Origin: Paragordius varius
Lineage: Eukaryota; Animalia; Nematomorpha
Reading direction: 5' to 3'
Length of the DNA: 64,000 bases
Assembly (NCBI GenBank): GCA_964247055.1
Contig: OZ176054.1
Location: forward strand, 12,648,001-12,712,000
The notes under the pieces were generated by a model, which saw nothing but the letters and a program-made list of their open reading frames with translations, ran no database searches and was not told the origin of the DNA. Numbering within the stretch: the stretch's first letter is position 1; the number at the start of each line of letters is the position of its first letter. A program made the position numbers and the translations under genes. Shown one piece after another: positions 40,101-52,135 of this stretch.

Positions 40101-43100
40101 AACATATAGGTATTTTTTATTCCTTAAAAACATATAATTTATTTTAGGGTCAGGGTGAATTTGAATTGTTTAAGGATGAATTTGAATTCTTAATTTTTAA
40201 AAATGTTTGTTTGCTTGTTTTTGAGAGGAAAAACATCTTAGTGATGATTACCTCTATTTTAATTGTGACATCTAAATAAACCAATTATAAATTATATTTA
40301 ATGATTTTTATTTATTTATTTCCAATCGAATCATTAAACAGAAAAAGTTATTATGCGTTAATAAATTAATCCCACGATTGGGGGCTAATGAAAATACCTA
40401 TATTATGATTTGCACTAATATGATCGAATAGTATTTAGAACAACTAAAACTCTTAAACCAAAAAGTAAAATATAATGAGAAAACACCTAAGTTTAAAACT
40501 TTCGTATTACACTTAATTATATACGAACATTTGAACAGAAACATTAGATGTAACAATAAATCCATAATAATTATTTTATATCAACTTCCTTAAATTACTT
40601 TAGTGTTAAGCTGAACACATAACAGTATTTTGGGGGTTTTGATGGTAAAAGAAATTTTATAACAATTTAAATTAAAAGATATTACCTAAAAAACATTTTC
40701 GTTGTCAGTTACAGTTTTACTTTTCATATTTTTTTGTGGCTTTACTTTAATTTTTTTAACAAAGTTTTCAAACAAATCTACTGTTTACAATTCAAATTCA
40801 CCCTATAAAATTCTGTGTTTTCTGGTTAATATAACTCATTATTATGAAATACATCTTTATGCCTTAGTTTATTATTTTTTTGGTATTATTTTAATTATAA
40901 ACAAAATTTCCTTTTTTAAAAATATAAAAAAATATATAGGTAATATGTAATCTTAAAAATAAATAATTTATTTTAGCGTGAATTTGAATTTTTCTAAAGG
41001 GTGAATTTGAATTGTTCAAGGGTGAATTTGAAATGTAAATGGTATATTCCAATATTCTCGCCTAATAGATATATGTATATATTTTATTGTAATTTTTCTG
41101 TACATATTACATAGTGTAAAGCCGAACACATTACAGTATCCGGACATGATGGGGGGACTGGTGCTTCCAGTTGGACAGGAATAAAACACGCCGGTCTTCC
41201 CTGGGAATTGGGTTTAGCGGAAACTCATCAAACGCTTATCCTAAACAATTTACGGTCTCGTGTCATACTTCAAACCGATGGACAAGTTTGATTTATTTTG
41301 CTTAATTTATCATATTGTTTTGAAGTGTAAATAATATCTTATAAAGTTTAGGTTGGTTTTTGAGAAAATGGATATCAAACAGAATTTATCCTTATGAAAC
41401 AAAAAAACTAAAAAAAAACATTGTTTATGAGAATTTTTTTAAATAGATACATCTAATATAACTACTTGGCTTAAAATATAATTTTTGAAAATAATATCTA
41501 ATAAAGTTTAGGTTGGTTTTTAAGAAAATGGAATCAAACAAAAAAATAAAAAAAATTTTAAATGGATTCTTTTTTAAGAGACATACCTAATATTACAAAT
41601 TTACTTGGCTTAAAATATATTTTTTTTAATATAATATCTAATAAAGTTTAATCTGGTTTTAAGAAATTGGATATAAAACAAAAAAAACCATAAATTGTTT
41701 TTTTAGTGCATTTCTTTTCAGCAGACTGAACTAACAAATTTATTGTAAAAGCTACTAGTCGTGTAGAGATTCTTTCTCATACACATAAGAGTTTTCCAAT
41801 ATATTTTCGAGTTGAGTTTTATAGAAATTTTGAGAATTTCTTTTATCAGACTGGGAACATAAAAATTGTTAAAACCTAGTCATGTAGCGATTTTTTCTCA
41901 TATACCTAATCGTTTTCCAATATATTTTTGAGTTGAGTTCTATGAAATTTTTTTAACTCATTTCTTTTCAGCAGACTGGGAACATAACATAACAAATTTA
42001 GTTGTGTAGAGATTCTTTCTCATACATATAAGAGTTTTCCAATATATTTTCGAGTTAAGATTTATGAATTGACTCATTTCTTTTCATCAGACCGGAAACT
42101 TAACGAATATATTGTTAAAAGCTAGTTTTGTAGCGATTCTTTCTCGTATACATTAGCGTTCCAATATATTTTTGAGTTTTGAGATTTATAAAAATTTTTG
42201 ACTGTGTATGTCTATGTATTTAGATTCGAACTGGTCGAGACGTGGTCATTGCAGCCTTGTTGGGTGCAGATGAAGTGGCTTTTAGCACAGCGCCCCTTAT
42301 AACCCTGGGATGTACTATGATGCGAAAATGTCACCTAAACACTTGTCCCGTAGGAATAGCTACTCAAGATCCTGACTTAAGGGCTAAATTTGCTGGGAAA
42401 CCTGAATACGTTATTAACTATCTCTTTATGATTGCGGAAGAGGTATTACGCTTTTTGCAAATTTTTTGAGTTTAATGAAAAATATGGTTAAATAATTTGC
42501 AAATTATGTTTTTATGATATCTAGGTGTATTACATTGTTATGTGAAACTTTTTTTCGTTAAAAATTTTTTAAAACAACATGTAAAATAACGATACAGCTC
42601 TATATAAAATTAGGAGGGCTAGATCAGTCTCACTTTTTAACAACGCATTAAAAGTGTTTTTACGTTTATATATTTTATTACACCTAATACTAACTCAATT
42701 TAATGGCCATTTTCATATTTTGACATAATTGTATATTTGGAAATCTATCGCCTTAAAATACCATATTTATTTATTAATTTATATTCTTTTTTTAAACTTT
42801 ACTCAAAAAAATTTATAAAATATATGAATGAATTTAGGTACGTCAATACATGGCTCGCCTCGGTTTCCGAACCTACGAACAAATGGTGGGCCGAGTTGAT
42901 AAACTCCGACCAAACACGCATAATCCCATAAATAATAAAGCGCGCTCGTTGGATTTATCTGCCATACTTTTACCTGTGGTTGAAACTCCAAAAATTCTAC
43001 ATACCCTACATAAAGGTGGCTCTGTACCCCAAGATTTTGGTCTAGAAAAAAAATTGGTAGATATATTTTAGTTTTTTGTTCAATTTTTTTATTGCGTGTT

Positions 43101-46100
43101 TTCTCCATTAAAATTTTTGAACCATAAGACTTCATTCAGTCCAAATTTAACTAAGAAACGTCAAATTTGAACAACATTGAAAGGCTATCATATTTGTGTA
43201 ACATCCTTATTTATTATAAGCCAATATAATTAGGTTTTTAATGGTTTATTATGGTTGTTTAACTCTATTTATAAGGTATATCGAATCAACACACAAGACA
43301 ACAAAAAGTTAAACATTTTAAATTGCAGCTTTTTAATCAAAATTCTTACTTTATAATTTTACATACTTAACCCATTTTCGTTTTAATATCAAATTATCGC
43401 TAATTTTTTTGTTTGCATGTATAGGAACAAACCATAATGCCACAAATACATGAATACATTCGTGACATAAAAACCGCCACCACCAATGCGAATAATAATA
43501 AAATGACAATTCTCCATGAACTGAATACCTGCTGTGATATATTAAATCTCCATGTCACGATAGCTAATACAGATAGGGCTTTTGGTGCATTAGTTAGTCA
43601 TGTGGTAAGTAAAAATTTTGGTGAAAATGGCCTACCTAGCGGTTATACATTACAGTTAACATGCAGCGGACATGCTGGTCAAAGTTTTGGAGCTTTTCTA
43701 GCCCGAGGGATTAAACTTGAACTCGAAGGTGATGCTAATGATTATGTGGGAAAGGTAAGGAAAACTTGATTGGATTTTTTTTAAACCTTTTTGAATAAAA
43801 TGCGGAATAATTTTCACTCAAAAAACGTGACACGATCATTGTGCGAATAGTTATGTCCAATTAATGATTGGTAGTATATACCTAATTTTTATCTATCTAA
43901 ATATTATTTGCACACATAAAAAGGTAATTTAGGGCCAGGGAAAAAGCAAAAATTTTTGTGGAAATTTTTCTTGTAAAAAACGGTTTAGTGGTTATTGGTG
44001 GTTACAAAAAAATATTATTTTTCAATTATTGTTGTATTGTGCATGATAACTTTGCTTCAATGTATTTTGAGATGTTTGAGTATATTTAAATTATATTATA
44101 TCATAAAATAAATAGGAGCCATTTTAACAAAAAATAATTGCTTACTATATGAATAATATTTAGGATGTTACATTTAGGGTAAAAATATAAAGACAGCCAT
44201 TTCCAATATCTTTTTCAAAACTCACCATATATACTATTTAAAGTTCAAATTCACCCTTGAACAAATTTAATTTCACTTTCGAACAATTCGGATTCACCCT
44301 AAAAATAAATTATGTTTTTTCGAACTAATATAACTCATTAATAATATAAAATATATCTTTATGGCATATTATTTTTTCAGTATTATTTTAATTTAAGACA
44401 AAAAAAAATTTAAAATATAAGTAATTTTTAAATCTTAAAAAACATATAATTTATTTGAGGGTGAATTTGACGTGTAATGGTATATTAAACTTACTTCATT
44501 ATGTTTTAGGGTTTATCCGGGGGTGAAATTATCGTTTATTCACCTAATGTTACTACTACGAAAAAAGAACCACAAAATATTATCGAAAAAATCAATGAGG
44601 GTGAGGATGAAGGAGACCACTTTGAAAGCTCACAAAACATTATAATTGGAAATGCTTGTTTATACGGAGCTGTGAAGGGAAAAGCTTGGTTTGGGGGTCA
44701 GGCCGCTGAACGGTTTGCCGTTAGGAATTCTGGCGCTTTAGCAGTCTGTGAGGGTTGTGGAGACCATGGATGTGAATATATGACTGGTTTTTATTTTTTT
44801 TACGTTTTTAAAATTGATTTTTATAAAAATACTACTTTTTTAGCATTGAAATATTATTTCAATTAATTCGAGGTAATATATGACTCGCCTAAGGTTGGGA
44901 TATCGGTTATAATATGTGTTTTTGCTAAAATTAGGCAATATATGAAATTATAACTAAGATTTTTTGGAGGGATGTTCTATTCTTAAACTTCATAATTGTT
45001 TGGGTAGAGATTTTTGATTTGTCATATTGTTTTGTTAAATTAATATGTTTTATATTTTTTATTATTTGTTGGCAGTATTTGAACATGCTGTAAATTTTAA
45101 CTATTTTTATAAAGAAGATTCATTTGTGTTTGTATTCCTAATTAAATTTACATCACTCACCAACCATATTAATTTACACACATTATATAATCAATTATTT
45201 TTTTTTTCATGCATGAAACCATGTGATTGAAAGCGGGAGGATATTCAAGGATAGTAGTTTTTTATTATATACTATAAATATATTTAAAAAATAGGTTTCC
45301 TTTTAGTAATTATTAATCTTTTTCTTTGTTTTGTAGAGTTTTTATTTTATTTGTATGCTAAGTATGTAATTTAAAGAGTAACATAATTCTTAAGTCATCA
45401 AAAATCATTGTTATACAGATCTCTCTCTTTTTTTTCTCTACTCCTTGGTGCCTAATTATTTTATTTTTACTAGCCTAGCCATAATTTCTTTATATTTTTC
45501 CTTTATGATTGCCAGACAGAGCAAAATATCAATATTTATAATTTATCCAAATTAACAACATTTATAAAGATTACTCTTTAATTTTAATTATTCTAGATAT
45601 TTATTTTTTGTAAAGAGGGTAAGTGAGAGGGAAGGCAATGGCAAACCACCCTCGTTTATTACTGCCAAAAAATAGTTTTACTAAATGAACTTAACAAGAA
45701 TTTTCAAAGTTGGATGCTGGAATGTACGTTCCTTAACATCAACCAAACAGGTGATAATTGAAAAGGAAATGGAAAGATTGAACATAGATATACTGGGTCT
45801 AACGGAAACCAAGCAAAAAGGTAGCGCGAAAGTACTAAACGAAAATTATACATTGTTAAGATCGGGGAGAGATGACCAGAAATCTGAAGGCGTTGCAGTA
45901 TTAATAAAAAACAAATTAAATAAAAGTCTCATTAGTTATACACCATATACACCCAGAATCATGAGTATTAGGCTGAATGCCAAGCCACTTAAATTTACAT
46001 ACATAGTAGTCTATGCTCCTACGTCAAACGCTCCCAAAGAAGACATAGAGGACTTTTATGCAACGTTGCAAATAGTTTTGGATGAAACGAAGAAAGGAGA

Positions 46101-49100
46101 TATGATTATCATAGGAGGGGATTGGAACAGCAAAGTTGGTAGAGGTAGAGTAGATCAAATAGTCGGGCCATATGGATTGGGAGAACGAAACGAGGCCGGG
46201 GAAGCACTGATCAATTTTTGTCAAGAAAATGATATGATGATAACCAACACATGGTTTCCACAACACAATAGGAGGTTATACACATGGACCTCTCCATGTG
46301 GTAAATATAAGAATCAAATTGATTACATAATGTGTCCTCAAAAATGGAAAAGCTCTATAATCGATACCAAAACAAGCAAAAGCAGCGATTGCTCTAGCGA
46401 TCATGAGCTTTTAATAACCAAAATCAAACTTAAAATAATTAAAAATAAGGTTAAACAGATATACAGATATGACACTCGGAACATTCCAAATAGTTTTAGA
46501 ACAGAAACCAAAGATAGATTAGGAAGATTGGACAATGGATGTAGCTCAGAACAATTATGGGGAACGATAAAAAATGTTGTTAATGAAGTGGCAAAAGAAA
46601 AAGTGCAGAGAGTAAAGAGGAAAGATAACAAATGGATATCAGAAAAGAGTATAGAGATAGCAGAAAAGAGGAGAAAAGCTAAATCAAGAGGTGATAATAA
46701 AATGGTAAAATTATATAACAAAGAATTTCAACGACAAACAAGGAAGGATTACGAAGATTTTCTTAATAAACAATGTCTGGAAGTGGAATTAAATAACAAA
46801 AAAGGATTAATGCAACCAATGTTCCAGAAACTGAAGCAAATGACTCACAAACCTTTTATATCATCACAAAAGATTAAAAAAGAGAATGGCACCATATTGT
46901 GCAAACAAACAGAAGTACGAGAAAGATGGAAGGAATACACCCAAAAACTCTATCAGGCTCCTCAAACAAAGGTGTTGCAATTAAAAGAAGAAGAACGTGA
47001 TCCAGATATATTAAGAGAGGAGGTTGAATTAGCCTTAAAACAAATACCTAACAACAAAGCGATGGGATTAGACAATATCCCAATAGAGTTCATAAAAGCT
47101 ATTCCCGTTGAAAAGTTACACCAGTTATGTCAAAAGGTGTGGGAAACATGTGAGTGGCCAAACGATTGGGCATCATCTGTATATCTCCCAATATATAAAA
47201 AAGGAGATGTACTCAAATGCGAGAATTATCGGAACATATCTCTTATTAGCCACGCTAGTAAGGTCTTACTAAAAGTAATACAAAACAGAATGCACAGTAT
47301 CATACAGACAGAAATACCAGAAAATCAAGCCGGATTTATGAAGGGAAAAAGCACAAGAGACCATATCTCAAACATGAGAAGGATAATGGAAACATCAAAA
47401 GAGTTCCAGAAAGAATTATACATGTGTTTTATTGATTACAGACAAGCATTCGATTCAATTAACTATGACTCCTTGTGGGGAACATTAAAGTTAGTAGGGG
47501 TATCGTCTCACTTAATAAGATTGATTAGCTCTCTGTATGTAAAACAAAGAGCGATTATTAGAACACCAGCGGGGGACACAGACGAAATACCAATCTTGAA
47601 AGGAGTCAGACAAGGGTGTTGCTTATCCCCTTATCTGTTCAATATGTGCACAGAAATGATAATGAGGAAGTTGGATGGTAAAAATATTGGAGTAAGAATA
47701 GGAGGGAGAACAATCAATAATTTAAGGTTTGCAGACGATACCACTCTTATAGCTGAAAGTGCAAATGATTTGAAGGAATTGATTGAAGAGATTCGAAAGG
47801 AAAGTTTGAGGTATGGTCTTAGGCTTAATCCTAACAAAACCAAAATATTATGTACAGGAAAAAAGCCTACAATTATAATAGAAGGAGTAGAAATAGAAAT
47901 AGTTAAACAGTTAACGTTTTTGGGCGCAATAATTTCAGAGGATGGGTCTTCAACTCCTGACATCAGAAAGAGAATAGGATTGGGTAGAGAAGCGATGACC
48001 AAATTAATAAAGATTTGGAAAAACAAAAGCGTAGGAGTTGAAACCAAAAAAAGATTACTCTACTGTTTCGTTCTCCCGGTCACCACATATGGATGTGAGA
48101 GTTGGACTCTCAGAAAAAGGGACAAAGAAAGGCTCATGGCTTTTGAAAGGAGCTGCTGGCGTAGGATGCTAGGATACACCTGGAAGGATAAAATTAAGAA
48201 TGAAAGTCTAACTACAGAAATAAAACCTAAAACAAACATCATGGAGATAATTCTAAAAAGAAAGTTAACATATTTTGGTCATGTCATGCGATCGAATTCT
48301 CTGGAGAAAGATACAATGTTTGGGAAGGTAGAAGGGCAAAGGAAACGAGGCCGACCACCGATGAGGTGGTTGGATATGATAAAAGAAGAGACCAAAATGA
48401 CACTGAAAGAGCTCAATATAGCGGTTAAAGATAGAAAAAAATGGAAAGAAATAGTTAAAACTATATCCAAAAAGTCGTTTACGACTTAGGAAAAACCAAC
48501 CAACCAACCATATAATCAATTAATAACTTTATAAAACCACAAAGGTTTTTAAAATTACAATTTGTTACTAAAATTAAACCAAACCAAAATTTAACTTTTA
48601 TAAAATGAAACCAAAAAAACCTATTTTTTTAATCCATATATATTGCTTTGTGGTGATAGGTGGGAGAGTTATCATTCTTGGAATGACTGGTCGAAATTTT
48701 GCAGCTGGTATGTCGGGTGGATTTGCTTATGTGTACGACACAACGCCTAATCAAAAATTCGTAAATTCCCGTTGCAATTTAGCCATGATTGATATTGAAC
48801 GAATTAATGAGTAAATATGTTTTATTTTGCCTTTTTTGTTTTATTATCTTTATAAAATATTGAGGAAATAAAATAGTTTATTGGCATAAATTATATATCA
48901 TTTAAAGTATAAATTTACCCTTGAACGATTCAAATTCACCCTAAATCTAAATTATGTGTTTTCAAACTATTATAACTCATTATTAATATAAAATATATCT
49001 TTATGGCATAGTTTATCATTTATTCCCGTTATATATCATTTATTCGACTTTATTCAAATGAGGATTTTCTCCTTTATATTAACTAACTTAAAGTTTGTTG

Positions 49101-49622
49101 ATGTGTATATTAACTATGACCCTTTGAGATTTTCTTTTTTATTAAATAATACTAGTTTTTTTAATAATATTCTTTACAGATTTTTCTACAAATCTGACTT
49201 TAAGGTGGGATTTATAGGGGTAACTAGTATTTTCTTAATTTCCATAGTATTAATAGTTCTGTCTTTTTCTCTGCCGGTCATTCTGCTCGCTTGAGACTCA
49301 CTAGGTCTTTCCTCTTTCTTACTAGTTTTATTTTACAATAACTACTATAGAGAGAGAATAAAAGACTGGTTACATTAACTATATATCGTTTAGGTTACGC
49401 TTTAAGAGTTATTCAACCTTATAATCTCATTTATAGTCATATATAAAAAAATAATAAAGGACTCAAAAAAGTATGGTTAACTTTATAAAAAAATATTTGA
49501 TAGCCTAATTTTGCAATTTTTATAAACGTCCCCACCTTATCAATCCATTTTAATTTACTATAAGTCACAAGTAAGTTATATACAAAGCATCATATATGTT
49601 TTTTACGAATAATCGTTTAGAA

Positions 49623-49653
<31 letters not shown>

Positions 49654-49820
49654 CACTGTGTGCAAAAAAGAGGGTCATTTTGTTTTAACGAAAAAAATTT
49701 TTTTTCATGAGATAGCTTATGATTAGTCTTACCGCCAAAATTATTATTTGTTGACAACTTAGTTTTTGAAATATTGAGCTCATGAAAAAAAAATTTTTGT
49801 TAAAAATCTTCTTGCACACA

Positions 49821-49859
<39 letters not shown>

Positions 49860-52078
49860 CATACATAATTTAGCTCATCCACCATTGATCACAGTGAAGA
49901 TTGTCAGTTCCTTAAGCAAACTCTGCAAGAATTTGTTGAAAAAACTGGATCTCACATAGCAGCTCGTATCTTGGAACAATGGCCAACGAGTGCCCGCAAT
50001 TTTTTTAAGGTTTTTTTTTAAAAGTATTAAGATTTTATTGTCAAAAATGATTGTGAAATTGGAATAATTACTAACAGTAAAAAACCAGTATTTTTCTAAT
50101 TCAAACATTAACATAAGTATATATATATTCAGTATGGTACCAATTTATATCCGAAAAAAAGATGTTAATTAACATAAATATATATATCAAAAAAGATGTA
50201 AGTTTAATAAATTAAATAAAAGTTATTTAATTTGAAATAGTATTAATGACAATGTAAATTAAATAGCCTTAATATCTTAAATACTATAAAAAATCTGTTT
50301 ATAATTACAAACATATAATATTTTATATAAAATAGATTGGTTAAATTACCTCAAATTTTTTAGAAGTTCTTAATTGGGTTGATTTATTTTTAGGTTTACC
50401 CAAAAGATTATCGAAAAGCTTTGGAAGAAATTAAGCAAAAAGATGAGTTGGAAAGTGCCGGGAAATCACGACAAGATATTTTAAAGGGTTTTATATTTAT
50501 ATAAAAAATGGAACTTGCTATACAAAATAATGTTTTTTTAACTATAACTAAACATATGCATATCATCCTGGATTTTTTCGTAATATTAAAATTAGTTAGT
50601 ACATATTTTAGGTATTTTAACTGAAACCGTTTTTGGATTAGATGTTTTAATTGCATTTTTATTTAGGTTTCGGTATTTTTAATTTAATTTATAAATATAT
50701 AAAAGTAGGAACATCAAATACGTTATATAAAAATTGCCATAAGTCCTTAACAAAATGGGAATATATCTTAAATAAAATAGCTATTTCAAACCGCGGTTTT
50801 GGAACCCGTTTTTTTCAGTCTCACAGTAATCTAAAAATCATGAAAATCTTAAAAATCGCGGATACTATTTCACAAATTTTGTTAAATCATCACTTTCTAT
50901 ATTTCTTTACAGAATTAACGCTTTACAAACAAGAAAGTTTGTTGGAAAATAAGCTGGATGACCCGTATGAGGATGAGGAAGGAACCGGCGTTACTGAAGA
51001 CATTGAAGACGCATCTGGTTTTATGTCACCCCGAACATCATTCTCTGAAAACGTTTTAGCAAAAGCTGAAAAATTGGATTTACAGTAAATAAATTTAAGT
51101 TAATAGTTTTATGCACAAAAAAGGCCAAAAACCGTAATTAAGAAATACATATATTTATTGTTGAAAAATGACTACCATATATATATTTATAGTTTAAATT
51201 TGATGATGTTTTTTATATAAACTACTATGTATATTATAAATTAGTATTAAATATTAGCATATGTGTCCCACCCCCCCCCCCCTTTTTTTAAAATTCGATA
51301 TTAGAAAAAAATGTTTTGTCGTTTTTACGATTTATATTTGCATCAAAATTATATTATATGATACAATTTCTTTGAAAGTCAATAGCCAATACCCTTATAA
51401 TGGTTTATATAACACACATAAAATAGGAATTCAAATGTAAATTGGTACGACACACTCTATTTTCTTTTTAGGAGTGTCATAATAGATCTTTCATATATTA
51501 TATAATATCAACGTATGGTTGTCCTTTGCGTAAAAAAATGATTGCATTTCAGTTTTAAACGTTTCTTTATTTTAATTTTCTTAACTGCATTTTAAGTTTC
51601 CCTTCCACGGCTAAGCTTGCTCCCAATGTTGAAAAATCTGAATTAACATTACCCAAAAATTTATCATTGCATGAACAACAAAAAGCAATAGAAAAAGAAA
51701 ATGAAAAACAAAAAATTATTGCAGAGAACACACAACAAGCCAATTTAGTTATGGAGGAATGTGAACGTGAATTAAGACGCCTTCAAACTTCTACTGTAGC
51801 CAATAATAATAAGAATGTTAAAACAATCGAAAATTATGAAAAAAAGAAAGCCAATATCCCTAATGGTAAATTTTATGCTGTAATTTTATTTATACATTAT
51901 ATCCAACACTTTATGTTGTTGACCAATTGGTGAAGATACAGTACCGTATGAGATAAATTAAATTATGCACATAACAAAAGAATGTAAGATTGACGTAAAA
52001 GTGTTTAATTTCAGCCATTTGTTGTTTTTTATCCATACCCTACTCTATTGTAAATTGGCCAAACATAATAAAAAGTAC

Positions 52079-52135
<57 letters not shown>

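Larger units (their letters stand above)
45198..48510 (+). mobile_element. RTE/BovB-like non-LTR retrotransposon, apparently full length, in GLT1 intron 31, same strand as the host gene
   Basis: Intact EN-RT ORF, 3' hairpin AGTCG-TTTA-CGACT (48473-48486), (AACC)4 tail (48494-48509), and candidate TSD ATATAATCAATTA at 45185-45197 and 48510-48522. The 5' boundary is certain only from ~45610. Confidence 0.85.

Noticed and set aside
46024-48519. Minus-strand ORFs within the RTE element
   Set aside because: Antisense shadows of the long A-rich sense ORF, with no recognisable motifs.
49040-49340. ORF 49058-49294 and a stop-interrupted minus-strand frame (NKKENLKGS) that might be a LINE ORF1 relic
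   Set aside because: The resemblance is too weak to support without a profile search; noted only as an insertion truncating a family A copy.
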